DNA of 64,000 nucleotides from positions 1 through 64,000 of IMG/VR virus record IMGVR_UViG_3300027747_002221. One strand, written 5' to 3'. Of the stretch, positions 43,572-52,973 are shown piece after piece (the stretch's first letter is position 1; every line of letters begins with the position of its first letter). The position numbers and the translations under genes are program-made. The notes below the pieces were generated by a model that was given only the letters and a program-made list of their open reading frames with translations, did no database searches and was not told the origin of the DNA.

Positions 43572-44393
43572 ATGGATCCATTAACACTATTTGCTCTTTG
43601 CAATGGTGCGGTAGCAGCGGTAAAAAAAGGATGTCAATTATATAAAGACATCAAAAGTGCTGCTGGTGATGTGAAAGGCGTACTTAAAGATCTTGATGAT
43701 CAGTTCCATAAAAAGTATGAGGGGAAAGCCGCGCCCCCTGAAGCTAAAAAACAATTGGCAGAAGAAAAAGCTCGTGTTACTGAACTAAATAAACGCAGCG
43801 AAGAAACATCAAATCTTTATGCAGAAATCGGCGACTATCTTGGACAATACTATGACAACTATTTTAAATGTCTAGCAGTACTGGAAGACGAGGAAACACG
43901 CAGTGCAACTGAAGTTTATACTGGCGGAGATAGTTTAGCAAAGCGCGCATTAAAAAGAGTTCTAATGCAAAAACAATTAGAACAAATGGGTAAAGAATTG
44001 CGCGAGCTAATGATATACCAAAGTCCTCCAGAACTAGGCGCTCTCTTTACTGAAGTAGAGGGTATGACTAGAAAATTAGGCGCACAACAAAAAATTCTAG
44101 TAACAAAAGAAATAGAAAAATCTAGACTTCGTAAACAAAGAATGACAATATATCAGTTTGAAATAGCAATTGGTGTTTTTAGTATAATATTTGTATTTTT
44201 TACGATGATGATGTTTATGTATATTGCCCATGATGCAAAACGGAGATGGGACAATCTAGATGATAAACCCTATCAAAAAAGATTAGAAGCAGTTAGACGA
44301 CAAGAATGGTACGACCATAAGCGCAAATTACAAGAATATGAGGATTACCTATATTTAAAAAATTCTCAAAAGGAAAATGAAACCAACAACTAA
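43572..44393 (+). CDS. Helical protein with C-terminal TM segment
   Basis: MDPLTLFAL.. amphipathic N-terminus, coiled coil, TM near residue 200. Confidence 0.55.
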   Translation: MDPLTLFALCNGAVAAVKKGCQLYKDIKSAAGDVKGVLKDLDDQFHKKYEGKAAPPEAKKQLAEEKARVTELNKRSEETSNLYAEIGDYLGQYYDNYFKCLAVLEDEETRSATEVYTGGDSLAKRALKRVLMQKQLEQMGKELRELMIYQSPPELGALFTEVEGMTRKLGAQQKILVTKEIEKSRLRKQRMTIYQFEIAIGVFSIIFVFFTMMMFMYIAHDAKRRWDNLDDKPYQKRLEAVRRQEWYDHKRKLQEYEDYLYLKNSQKENETNN

Positions 44394-44721
44394 AACCTTT
44401 TTAATAGTTGTGAGTTGTTTTGCAGGAATATTCATAGTCCCAGGAATTTTAGTATTATTACATAATTATATAAGTGCAATAATTTTTGCATCTGCAACTA
44501 TTGCATGCTTTGCTTTGGTTGGTTATTATGCATATCACGATTTATTACCAGTAATTAGACAACATGAAATAGAAGAAGAACAAATGCTACATAGATTTCA
44601 TAGTAACAAACAAATACTTGCAAGGTACAAAGCATTTAGAAGGTATTTTGACGGCGACATTAATTTAAAAGAATTAGAAAACTCGATTGAAAAACATAGT
44701 ATATTCAACAGTAAAAATTAA
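44377..44721 (+). CDS. Membrane protein
   Basis: Two N-terminal TM segments. Confidence 0.5.
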   Translation: MKPTTKTFLIVVSCFAGIFIVPGILVLLHNYISAIIFASATIACFALVGYYAYHDLLPVIRQHEIEEEQMLHRFHSNKQILARYKAFRRYFDGDINLKELENSIEKHSIFNSKN

Positions 44722-44738
44722 TTTTAAAGAAGGGCATC

Positions 44739-44888
44739 ATGCCAATAAAAAGCGCATCAAAATTATGGGTGTGGCTTGAAAAAGTAAATACAGTAAAATT
44801 TATGATCGGATCTGTACTTATTGCTACAATGGCAGCAGTAATAGCATTGACAATAGTTTGGTTTGTAACTGATCCAACTCGTTACTAA
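44739..44888 (+). CDS. Small single-TM protein (49 aa)
   Basis: MPIKSASKLWVWLEKVNTVKFMIGSVLIATMAAVIALTIVWFVTDPTRY; not in ORF track. Confidence 0.45.
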   Translation: MPIKSASKLWVWLEKVNTVKFMIGSVLIATMAAVIALTIVWFVTDPTRY

Positions 44889-44891
44889 ATT

Positions 44892-45185
44892 ATGATTAGT
44901 AAAAAAACACTTATGGGCATTGCTGCAGTTTCTACGGCAGTTGCTCCTTTGGTTTCAAATTTTGATTTTGATCTTAGAATGGCAGTAACATCTAAAGAAA
45001 GATCGTATGTAGTTGTGGAAACTGCATGCGATCTTACAAGTAAAAAATCCTCAGGCGGTCTTTTAGTATGCGATTATAAATGCAGGGATGGGGATAAAAG
45101 TCATGTAAATAGAACTTACTATAATAATTCTAGTTTTTGCCCTGCAACTATAACTGAACGAATAAAATTAACTAAAAGAAATTAA
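44892..45185 (+). CDS. Hypothetical Cys-containing protein
   Basis: 97 aa, hydrophobic N-terminus, 4 Cys. Confidence 0.45.
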   Translation: MISKKTLMGIAAVSTAVAPLVSNFDFDLRMAVTSKERSYVVVETACDLTSKKSSGGLLVCDYKCRDGDKSHVNRTYYNNSSFCPATITERIKLTKRN

Positions 45186-45514
45186 TTCTGTACAATATTT
45201 AGTGATGCATGATTCGGAGACATTGCAGATTGCTCCGAAACTATTTGAATACCTGATCCGAAAATAGATTGGTATTGATTGTAAACAGAATCTTCTAATT
45301 CCGCTTCCCAAATAACTGCTCTTTCATCTATTGTAATAGTATGATCTTTAGCGTAACCTGCGTATGGGATCAATGCCATGGAATGTTGATCAGGCGTAGA
45401 CTTAGATGAAATTAACATAACAGCACACGGGCGTGTTACTTCAATCTTTGTTTCTGAGTATTTTAATTGTCCGATGATTTCTTCACCAGTAACAAGTTTG
45501 AGTATTTTAATCAT
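45182..45514 (-). CDS. Conserved T4-like hypothetical protein (Sm-like fold)
   Basis: MIKILKLVTGEEIIG...MALIPYAGY...YNQYQSIFGSGI. Confidence 0.6.
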   Translation of the reverse strand: MIKILKLVTGEEIIGQLKYSETKIEVTRPCAVMLISSKSTPDQHSMALIPYAGYAKDHTITIDERAVIWEAELEDSVYNQYQSIFGSGIQIVSEQSAMSPNHASLNIVQN

Positions 45515-45515
45515 T

Positions 45516-45794
45516 TTATTTCCTATTATTTTGTTGGTAGGCATCCCAACCAGCCTGAAACCAATCTATACCAAAAGGATTATATAACTTTTCTAATTTG
45601 GTATCCATAAATGTTTTAGTCAATTCGGACGTCACTTCTAATTGCGTTTCTAGTGCACTATGTAAAAATGCACCTTGTGTATCTACATATTTTGTCCAAG
45701 ACTTTTTAAGATTTGGATTCTTTATGTATTTTTCAATAAACTGTTTCTTGCCATTTTGTATTGAGTCTATAGTTAGATTTACTGGATCTAGCAT
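45516..45794 (-). CDS. Hypothetical helical protein
   Basis: 92-aa ORF. Confidence 0.5.
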   Translation of the reverse strand: MLDPVNLTIDSIQNGKKQFIEKYIKNPNLKKSWTKYVDTQGAFLHSALETQLEVTSELTKTFMDTKLEKLYNPFGIDWFQAGWDAYQQNNRK

Positions 45795-45804
45795 TTTATT
45801 TCCT

Positions 45805-45832
45805 TTATTTTAAATGGGGCCGAAGCCCCATG
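45805..45832 (-). terminator. Intrinsic terminator with cUUCGg loop after hsp20
   Basis: ATGGGGC-TTCG-GCCCCAT then TTAAAAA/T-rich sequence. Confidence 0.65.
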
Positions 45833-45834
45833 GA

Positions 45835-46338
45835 TTATAGTACCCTAGATTCAGGATCTTCTGAAAGTAATTGTCTTTTAGCCTTAGTTTTTACTTCAGC
45901 TTCAGAATCTTTTACTTCAATTTTTTTTGGCTTCTTATGTTCAGGAATAATACGCTCCAAGAAAACTTTTAGCATGCCATTCATTATAGCTGCATCTTTT
46001 ACTTCAACGGTGTCTTCTAAAGCAAAAGTTCTTGTGAATGCGCGATTAGCAATTCCTTTAAATAAGAATGAGTCATCAGCGTCTTCATTATGTACATTAC
46101 CTTTGACAATCATCTTGCCATCAGCTAATTCAATTTCAATATCCTGTTTAGCAAAACCAGCAACAGCCAATTCGATAACGTAAGTGTTATCGCCTGTTTT
46201 CTTGATATTGTATGGAGGATAGTTTGGGATTGCCTTTGTTAGATCATCATGGATCTTTGATAGGCGATTGAATTGATCATCAAACCCTACAAAAAATCTA
46301 TCAAAATCTTTAGGCAGGTTATTTAAAAAATATGTCAT
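45835..46338 (-). CDS. Small heat-shock protein Hsp20 (IbpA-like)
   Basis: YPPYNIKK...IELAVAGF...GIANRAFTRTF...NGML...IPEHKKP; start MTYFL at 46338 after AAGGAG. Confidence 0.92.
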   Translation of the reverse strand: MTYFLNNLPKDFDRFFVGFDDQFNRLSKIHDDLTKAIPNYPPYNIKKTGDNTYVIELAVAGFAKQDIEIELADGKMIVKGNVHNEDADDSFLFKGIANRAFTRTFALEDTVEVKDAAIMNGMLKVFLERIIPEHKKPKKIEVKDSEAEVKTKAKRQLLSEDPESRVL

Positions 46339-46344
46339 TGTGTG

Positions 46345-46430
46345 CTCCTTAATTAAGCGAGTTAATAATGCTACCCCGAAGGCGTAGCGTTTAGTGACGG
46401 TTTTATTGGGATCCGTCAACCCTATCCCAT
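46345..46430 (-). promoter_or_regulatory. ROSE-like RNA thermometer in hsp20 5' UTR
   Basis: CTCGCT-TAATTA-AGGAG hairpin masking the SD, preceded by two hairpins (TGACGG/CCGTCA; GCTAC..TTCG..GTAGC). Confidence 0.55.
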
Positions 46431-46443
46431 CCCTGAGATATAA

Positions 46444-46887
46444 TTATTTATTGCCAGATGATAACTTTTTCTTACCAATGTTATACTTTGTTTCAAGCAT
46501 CCACTCATTTTTCTCTTTGTGAGAAATCACTTTGATTTGTGAAAGTGGTGCATAATCAGTAAAATAATCTGGGTCGTTAATTTTAATTAATCCCCAATCC
46601 ACTAGCAACTTAGCAATCGTGTTTCTTCTCTGTAAGTCATTATCTGATAGATCAGCGGTCTTCCCATCTAAGGCAAAGAGCTCTTTGAAATGAACTATAA
46701 AATAATGTCCTTGTTTGTGTAGTATATGGCAAGATTGAAATAGTGTTTTATCTTTTCTGGATGCCACACCGATTCGTGTTAGAGTTTCTCTTACCTTTAA
46801 AAAATCGTCGGGTTCTGTTAGTATTACTTCCAAGGGTTTATACCCCGGATAGTTTATACTTATCATTTCAGTACTCATTCCTGCCAC
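46444..46887 (-). CDS. regA: RegA translational repressor
   Basis: PDDFLKVRETLTRIGVAS...LFQSCHILHKQG.YFIVHFKELFALDG...RRNTIAKLL.DWGL. Confidence 0.95.
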   Translation of the reverse strand: MAGMSTEMISINYPGYKPLEVILTEPDDFLKVRETLTRIGVASRKDKTLFQSCHILHKQGHYFIVHFKELFALDGKTADLSDNDLQRRNTIAKLLVDWGLIKINDPDYFTDYAPLSQIKVISHKEKNEWMLETKYNIGKKKLSSGNK

Positions 46888-47311
46888 CTTTTGTTATTTT
46901 TCTTTTCATATCGTCAATAATCTTATCATCTAGAAGTGGGAGTACTTGCTTAGCTTTTTCTGTGCTGTAGCCATAGTATTCTTTTATAACTTCCAAATCA
47001 TTGATTTTCTCAGCCTTGATCCATTTATTGAATCTCTTCTTAGGCCTAATAATATTTATAAGAAAGTGAAATTGAAGGATCTTATCCAAATGGGGACGAG
47101 AGTTCATTTCATTGGCGGGGATTATTGTATCTGGCCCATAGGATAAACCCTTATTAATAATATAGGGGTTATATTGTTTCTCAGACCAATCATCTACTAT
47201 TAAATTTTCCTTACTGTGATGGATTGCATTAATAAAATCAAAGGGCGAAATCGCAGGAGCCTTATAAGGAACTTCCTCTATTTTTTCTACAGGTGTTCCA
47301 AACAAATTCAT
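46868..47311 (-). CDS. 62: gp62 clamp loader small subunit
   Basis: SPFDFINAI...YNPYIINKGLS...ANEMN...IKEYYGYSTEKA. Confidence 0.9.
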   Translation of the reverse strand: MNLFGTPVEKIEEVPYKAPAISPFDFINAIHHSKENLIVDDWSEKQYNPYIINKGLSYGPDTIIPANEMNSRPHLDKILQFHFLINIIRPKKRFNKWIKAEKINDLEVIKEYYGYSTEKAKQVLPLLDDKIIDDMKRKITKGGRNEY

Positions 47312-47595
47312 AGTACCATCCTTAATAAGCCTATGGTATCTATTGCAACTAACAATAAGTAGTTAGCCAACATTCCAAATGATTTCCTAGTATAAGCAGC
47401 CCAAGAATAGATAGCACAACCACAAATCCATATAGGATATAATATAAGCAAAGGAGGATTGGGAACCGTGAATGCCATTGTGATAGAGCACCCAATAGAT
47501 ATACCCCAAGCAAGACACTCCAGCATAAACCTATTAGAATTAGTCCGCCAGTCATCTCTTATCCATTCTAAAGTTGGTCTAAATAGTTCAATCAT
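47308..47595 (-). CDS. Small membrane protein inserted between genes 44 and 62
   Basis: Three hydrophobic segments; ATGA overlaps at both ends. Confidence 0.6.
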   Translation of the reverse strand: MIELFRPTLEWIRDDWRTNSNRFMLECLAWGISIGCSITMAFTVPNPPLLILYPIWICGCAIYSWAAYTRKSFGMLANYLLLVAIDTIGLLRMVL

Positions 47596-48533
47596 TTAAA
47601 TTCCACCGCTGCCATAATCTCAGTTAGACATGCTACAAGATTAATTTCTTGATCTGCACAAAATGCTGCCTTATACTGATAATCTGCAAGTAATAAGATT
47701 AACTGTGGAACTTGTTTAACTTGATCCGTCAATGTGTCGTACAACTTTCTAAAGATAGTTCCAGAATCATTGTCAATATTATTAACAACCCATGTACGCA
47801 TCTTTTTCCAATCTCCATCTTTTAAAGAAGAGACAAGTTCCTGCATATTGGATTCGCCTAAATTAACAAAGATACCTTCGTCAATTTTACCCGAGGCTGA
47901 GTATCTCTGCAATTCATTTAAGACACGTCTGTAATCAGGGAAATGCTTTTCAATTACCTTTGCGATTACTTTACCATCTGCCTCAATTTTTTCGATAGAC
48001 ATAATCTCAGTAACACGCTTAAAGAATGCTGCCGCAATCTTAGGCTTATCTGCTTTAGGTAATTTAAATTCAATAACCGCAGTACGAGAATGAAGCGGAG
48101 GAATTATTCTATTCTTAAAGTTACAAGTAAGAATAAATCTACAATTAGATGAGAACTCTTCTATAAATGCTCTTAATGCAGGTTGTGTGGAGTTAGGATT
48201 AAGATAGTCCGCCTCATCTAAAATTACAACCTTTGGCTTACCGCTGAATGATACGGTAGATGCAAACTGTTTAATCTTTGTACGAAGAACATCAATACCA
48301 GATTCTTCCGATCCGTTAATAATAAGATAATCTGTTTCTAATTCTTCGCATAATGCTCGAGCAACTGTGGTCTTGCCCATGCCCGCACCACCACATAATA
48401 GCATGTTCTGAATCTCACCCTTAGACAACATCTCTTGAAAGATGTTCTTTTGATCTGCGGGTAAGATGCAGTCATCTAGTTTGCGAGGGCGATATTTCTC
48501 AACCCATAAAAATTCATTTTCACGATATTCCAT
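47592..48533 (-). CDS. 44: gp44 clamp loader AAA+ subunit
   Basis: LWVEKYRP, GGAGMGKTT, ILDEAD, PLHSR. Confidence 0.95.
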   Translation of the reverse strand: MEYRENEFLWVEKYRPRKLDDCILPADQKNIFQEMLSKGEIQNMLLCGGAGMGKTTVARALCEELETDYLIINGSEESGIDVLRTKIKQFASTVSFSGKPKVVILDEADYLNPNSTQPALRAFIEEFSSNCRFILTCNFKNRIIPPLHSRTAVIEFKLPKADKPKIAAAFFKRVTEIMSIEKIEADGKVIAKVIEKHFPDYRRVLNELQRYSASGKIDEGIFVNLGESNMQELVSSLKDGDWKKMRTWVVNNIDNDSGTIFRKLYDTLTDQVKQVPQLILLLADYQYKAAFCADQEINLVACLTEIMAAVEFK

Positions 48534-48548
48534 AATAACCTCATAATA

Positions 48549-48848
48549 TTAATTTTTTTTCCACTTCATACCCAAAGACCAATAAATTAATCTTTTAATA
48601 ATATTTGGTCTGTTCTTAGATCGAATAGTTATTGGAGCTTGATCTAGATCAATAATAAAAGATGAAGTAGCAGCACTACCAATAGTATAAAATGCATTCG
48701 TACCATTAGCCCAACAATCAATTCGATTACCTACGTAAAGTGATTCTTTTCTCTTATTTTCTTCGTAATCTAAACAGGGTTTAAAATCTAACCCTAACAA
48801 AATTTGTTCCGTTAGGGGATAGAAATAGTCAATCTCAAACTGTTGCAT
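48549..48848 (-). CDS. Hypothetical protein
   Basis: Likely start MQQFEIDY at 48848. Confidence 0.45.
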   Translation of the reverse strand: MQQFEIDYFYPLTEQILLGLDFKPCLDYEENKRKESLYVGNRIDCWANGTNAFYTIGSAATSSFIIDLDQAPITIRSKNRPNIIKRLIYWSLGMKWKKN

Positions 48849-49011
48849 CTGGGACAGTAGTAATTTCTTTAATACGTTGTTCCAATACGTTAATTGCAGT
48901 ATTAAAATGTCCCGTGCCTTCTTCAGAGGGTTTGTAATACCGTCGAAGAGTTTCAATTTCATTCATTAAAACTGCAACATATTCTTCTCTAGATGTTTGA
49001 AAAGTGTTCAT
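48835..49011 (-). CDS. Small hypothetical protein (58 aa)
   Basis: MNTFQTSREEYVAVLMNEIETLRRYYKPSEEGTGHFNTAINVLEQRIKEITTVPDATV; not in ORF track. Confidence 0.55.
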   Translation of the reverse strand: MNTFQTSREEYVAVLMNEIETLRRYYKPSEEGTGHFNTAINVLEQRIKEITTVPDATV

Positions 49012-49013
49012 AA

Positions 49014-49670
49014 TTATACCACCGAATCAGGTTCCATTGCAATAAAATAACCCAATGGCTTTGTTGCGTGTTTAAATTGGAATGCTTTCTTTTTCGAGAT
49101 TGTAACATTATATGCATCAGGAACAATCTTAAAGTTTTCAACTGCCATGTGGCAATCAAATGAATGTTCGCTTTTACCAATAATTTTCTTATAGGTATTT
49201 GCGGTATCATTCTTTTTATCACCGATAGTCAATGTAACATTCTCGCCTTTGCTGGAGATTGTGATTGTCGGTGCACCTGTAATAGCAGCTGCCTTCATAA
49301 TCATATTAACATCTTCTGCTGTCAATTTAAATTCATAGTGTGAATCTATTTCGATTTCCTTTGCAGGTGCTGCTACAATTACGTTTGGTGCAGAATAGAA
49401 GTATTCAAACTTGCCGTTGTCCTTCGACATGGTTAAGCTTTTCTCACCAAATTCTACAGTCTGATTTTCCATTAGTGTTAGCAAAGCTAACAAAGAATTT
49501 AAATCGTATACTGCGACTTCCTCTGGAAAGTCTTCAGCAACTTCTGCTCTCGCATAAATGTTTTTTGCTGTGCTGATTGTGGATAATACCTTACCTTTTC
49601 GGATAAGAATGTTGCTGTTGATACTAGCAAAATTCTTTAGGATATCAATTGTTTCTTTACTGATTTGCAT
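49014..49670 (-). CDS. 45: gp45 sliding clamp
   Basis: ISKETIDILKNFASINSNIL...AVYDLNSLL...YFIAME. Confidence 0.93.
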   Translation of the reverse strand: MQISKETIDILKNFASINSNILIRKGKVLSTISTAKNIYARAEVAEDFPEEVAVYDLNSLLALLTLMENQTVEFGEKSLTMSKDNGKFEYFYSAPNVIVAAPAKEIEIDSHYEFKLTAEDVNMIMKAAAITGAPTITISSKGENVTLTIGDKKNDTANTYKKIIGKSEHSFDCHMAVENFKIVPDAYNVTISKKKAFQFKHATKPLGYFIAMEPDSVV

Positions 49671-49956
49671 TATTTAACTCCTTGGTTTCAATGTCATGTA
49701 CATATAATAACATCATGCTATAGTGTAACACCTTTAGTATGTCTTGTCTATTCCTTCCGGCTTTCTTTCCGTATCTTTGAACATATTTCATTACGTTCCC
49801 TGCGGTAAATCCGACACCGTGTCCATTATCAATAATAAATTCAGTTGCCTGAAATTTATTCATTGAATAATGTTGGCCGTAAGTGGCGTCGATATATTCT
49901 TTCAACTCGTTTAAAAGTTGATCTTCATTATATTTGTAGTTTATTTCTTTCTCCAT
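49657..49956 (-). CDS. DUF3310-like protein
   Basis: YIDATYGQHYS...GFTAGNVMKYVQRYGKK...DILKVLHY. Confidence 0.7.
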   Translation of the reverse strand: MEKEINYKYNEDQLLNELKEYIDATYGQHYSMNKFQATEFIIDNGHGVGFTAGNVMKYVQRYGKKAGRNRQDILKVLHYSMMLLYVHDIETKELNNANQ

Positions 49957-50672
49957 GGGTATCCATCCTTAAATTTCTTTTCCATCACACTATTGCCCCA
50001 TAAAAAGAAGTCAGCCTTGACCGAATCTTCTCTATTACCAACTCTATAATTCAATGAATATATTCCATTAGTATCATACGTAAACTCATGTTCGCGTAAT
50101 ACTTGCATTATGATACGATCTACTTCGGGTTGGTCGTCTGGATGCCTGGCCCTACGATACCATAAAGGAGATATTTGTATTGCGATAGATGTAGGTAAAA
50201 AGTATGCGCCCACATCCACAAAGAATTCTTGTTCGCTTAAACACGTATGCCATTTACCTAAGTTTTCACAATCGTCAAGACAAACATACTTACTATCTTT
50301 ATCAACAATTTTTCTTAATGAGAATGCCCAGTCATTAGTTTCACAAACTTTAACTAATGTTTCAATATGAGCAGGGTCAATGTAATTATCTTCGTCGAGA
50401 AACATCACATAATCAGAATCAACTAGATAAGGAAATGAACCATATATTCTATGACCATTATATTGGCTGTGCCCCGTATTGTGGGGCAAGGTAACTACCG
50501 TCGCGGAAGTTTCTAAATCTAATTGTTTAACCGCTTTTTCCTGAAACTCAGGCCCATCTATTACTATAAGATGTTCCACATTTTCATATGTCTGTTTTAC
50601 TACAGAATCTGCATTTTGTTTTAGGTAATCAGATCCTGTTGTAGGAGTGATTACCGTCACCTTTTTACTCAT
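49941..50672 (-). CDS. Glycosyltransferase family 2 (GT-A)
   Basis: VTVITPT...IVIDG...FLDEDN. Confidence 0.85.
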   Translation of the reverse strand: MSKKVTVITPTTGSDYLKQNADSVVKQTYENVEHLIVIDGPEFQEKAVKQLDLETSATVVTLPHNTGHSQYNGHRIYGSFPYLVDSDYVMFLDEDNYIDPAHIETLVKVCETNDWAFSLRKIVDKDSKYVCLDDCENLGKWHTCLSEQEFFVDVGAYFLPTSIAIQISPLWYRRARHPDDQPEVDRIIMQVLREHEFTYDTNGIYSLNYRVGNREDSVKADFFLWGNSVMEKKFKDGYPWRKK

Positions 50673-50674
50673 AA

Positions 50675-52048
50675 TTAAACCTTGTAATTTTGTAAGAAAT
50701 AATTTAAATCTTCTGGAGTACCAATGCCCCACATATTTTTAATCTCTTTTACACGAATCTTCTTTTCATCTAAAATTGCTTCATTGTATACCGGACAAAC
50801 ATAAAACTCATTATTTGTTCTAATATTCTTTTCTATCATTTGACTAGTATACTTAACATAGTCGCTTCCTCGTTTCCAATAATAAACACCGACGGTGGCG
50901 TTATTACTAATAACTTTTTTCTCCGCAACTTCTTTTACAAATCCATCCTCGCCGATTGAGGCATAACTCCATTTAGGATGACTTGCTTCAAATGTTAAAA
51001 TGCCACCTTCAATCGAATCTGCACTAAAAGCATACATACATGAATTAGAATCCCATTCCATATATTGATCGCTATTAGCAATTAACAATGGGTTATCATT
51101 ATCTATAAATTCTTTTGCCAATAGCGTTGTGCATGCCGCACCTTCAGTTACTCCCTCGACTTGTACTATTTTACAGTCTGGAGCTATTAAGTTCAATAGA
51201 TATTTTAAATTATATTTGTCATAATGTTCTTTTTGTACTATGAAGATATAATTGGCATCTATATTCAAATTATTAACAACAACCTGAATCATTGGTTTAC
51301 CATTAACCTCAATTAAAGGTTTAGGAAATGTGTATCCCGCAGTGGCAAATCTTGATCCTGCACCTGCCATTGGAATCAATACATTCAATTTATTATCACG
51401 CCAAGGTACCTTTGGACTGTTAGCTAATCCGTTTAGTAACATTAATTCTTTTCTTATTTTCTCCATAGATAAATCTTCGCAATTTTCTACAGGTAATAAA
51501 TGTGCTCCGCTAGCAATTGCTCCTGTCCTTCCGATATGACTATCCTCAATTATTAAAGTTTCTTTTGCAGTATATCCCATGGCAGTCATACATTTCCAAT
51601 ACATTTCCGGAAATGGTTTCGGTCTTTTAACATCCTCATTACTAACATAGTAATCTATGTATTCCAATATACCAATTTTTAATAAAGATAATTTTACTGT
51701 TTCTCTAATACTATTACTTGCAACAACTATTTTATATCCTATTTGCTTTAGTTCTGTGAATATGGATATTAATTTTTGGTCATGTGTAAAATGTTTAAAT
51801 GCATCTATGGTTGCAGATTGTTTATTTTGCCATACAGAATTAAATTCCGCTTTTGGTAATCCTTTTTCTGAATGTAGTAATTCTAATTTGGCAGTGGTAT
51901 TTAATCCATCATACTTACTTAGATGTTCCTCTCTGGTAATTACATACTTAGGATCAATTTTATTTAAAGCAGAATTCAATGCATCGTAATGAAGTTCTCT
52001 ACTATCAATTAGAACTCCATCCAAATCAAAAATTATTAATTTAATCAT
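50675..52048 (-). CDS. HAD phosphatase fused to sugar-nucleotidyltransferase
   Basis: N-terminal IFDLDGVL...IEDS; C-terminal IPMAGAGSRF..GY.FPKPLI. Confidence 0.85.
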   Translation of the reverse strand: MIKLIIFDLDGVLIDSRELHYDALNSALNKIDPKYVITREEHLSKYDGLNTTAKLELLHSEKGLPKAEFNSVWQNKQSATIDAFKHFTHDQKLISIFTELKQIGYKIVVASNSIRETVKLSLLKIGILEYIDYYVSNEDVKRPKPFPEMYWKCMTAMGYTAKETLIIEDSHIGRTGAIASGAHLLPVENCEDLSMEKIRKELMLLNGLANSPKVPWRDNKLNVLIPMAGAGSRFATAGYTFPKPLIEVNGKPMIQVVVNNLNIDANYIFIVQKEHYDKYNLKYLLNLIAPDCKIVQVEGVTEGAACTTLLAKEFIDNDNPLLIANSDQYMEWDSNSCMYAFSADSIEGGILTFEASHPKWSYASIGEDGFVKEVAEKKVISNNATVGVYYWKRGSDYVKYTSQMIEKNIRTNNEFYVCPVYNEAILDEKKIRVKEIKNMWGIGTPEDLNYFLQNYKV

Positions 52049-52971
52049 ACTCGGTTAGGTTTAAAAATTTCAAAAGGATTTACAGGAATAGGTGCCAGTC
52101 TTTGTAACGGCACATGTCTAATAATATTATTATAGTATTGTACAAAACAATCTTCGGGCGTGTGGTATGTTTCGTAGGAATTTAAACTTCTACTTCCCCA
52201 CTCCCTCCATCGTTCTTCTTCTAAAAGCCACACTATTTTATCTTTTAGATCAGAACAATCCATATTGTATTCTACATATTCATCAAAGAACATATGTCCT
52301 TTTGATATACTATCTAAAGGTAACTTAGGTTGTAAAATTGCTGCACCTGCACTTGCCGCTTCCCAAATTCTCCAGCTATCGTAACTGTTACCTGGATAAT
52401 TTACCACAATCTTAGATCTATTTAAAATATCTAAAGTTTTAGGAATATTTCTTTCATGCGAATACTTTATTGCCCAATTGATATTTAACTGTGGTTGTAT
52501 TTGAACTAATTTATCTACAAAAAAGTTTCGTCTTTGATTTGTAGGTGCTCCAATAAAACAAACATCCACATCTCTTTCCCTATTTAAATAATCGTTCACC
52601 GATGGAATAGGAAAGTGCATTGGATATATAGGACAATTATAATGTCTATTGGTGTTACTTGTCAATTCTCTATGCATAATTAAATCGGGTGATCTCGAGA
52701 ACCATCTACTAACATCTTCCGAATCTGTATCATCATGCTGAATAAAGAAACTATTCTTTAAAGAAGTTTCTAGCAATCTACTAATTATAGGTAAATGATG
52801 CGGGTCATGTAGATATGCAATTACAACTTTATACTCACAGTTAGGAACGAATGATTCTAGTTCAGGCTCTCCTATAAAATCACAGTCGTACCCAGTATTT
52901 TCTAATGATTTAAAAATAAAAGTACTATTAGGTACCCAATGGTAATTTAAAAATAAAATATCTTTTATCAT
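52045..52971 (-). CDS. GT-B-like glycosyltransferase
   Basis: DVCFIGA...RR...LNRSKIVVN..G...RIWEA. Confidence 0.65.
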   Translation of the reverse strand: MIKDILFLNYHWVPNSTFIFKSLENTGYDCDFIGEPELESFVPNCEYKVVIAYLHDPHHLPIISRLLETSLKNSFFIQHDDTDSEDVSRWFSRSPDLIMHRELTSNTNRHYNCPIYPMHFPIPSVNDYLNRERDVDVCFIGAPTNQRRNFFVDKLVQIQPQLNINWAIKYSHERNIPKTLDILNRSKIVVNYPGNSYDSWRIWEAASAGAAILQPKLPLDSISKGHMFFDEYVEYNMDCSDLKDKIVWLLEEERWREWGSRSLNSYETYHTPEDCFVQYYNNIIRHVPLQRLAPIPVNPFEIFKPNRV

Positions 52972-52973
52972 AG

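Noticed and set aside
46380-46445. Sigma32 heat-shock promoter for hsp20
   Set aside because: TTGAC and CCCAAT-like elements are only about 4 nt apart, which is incompatible with sigma32 spacing.
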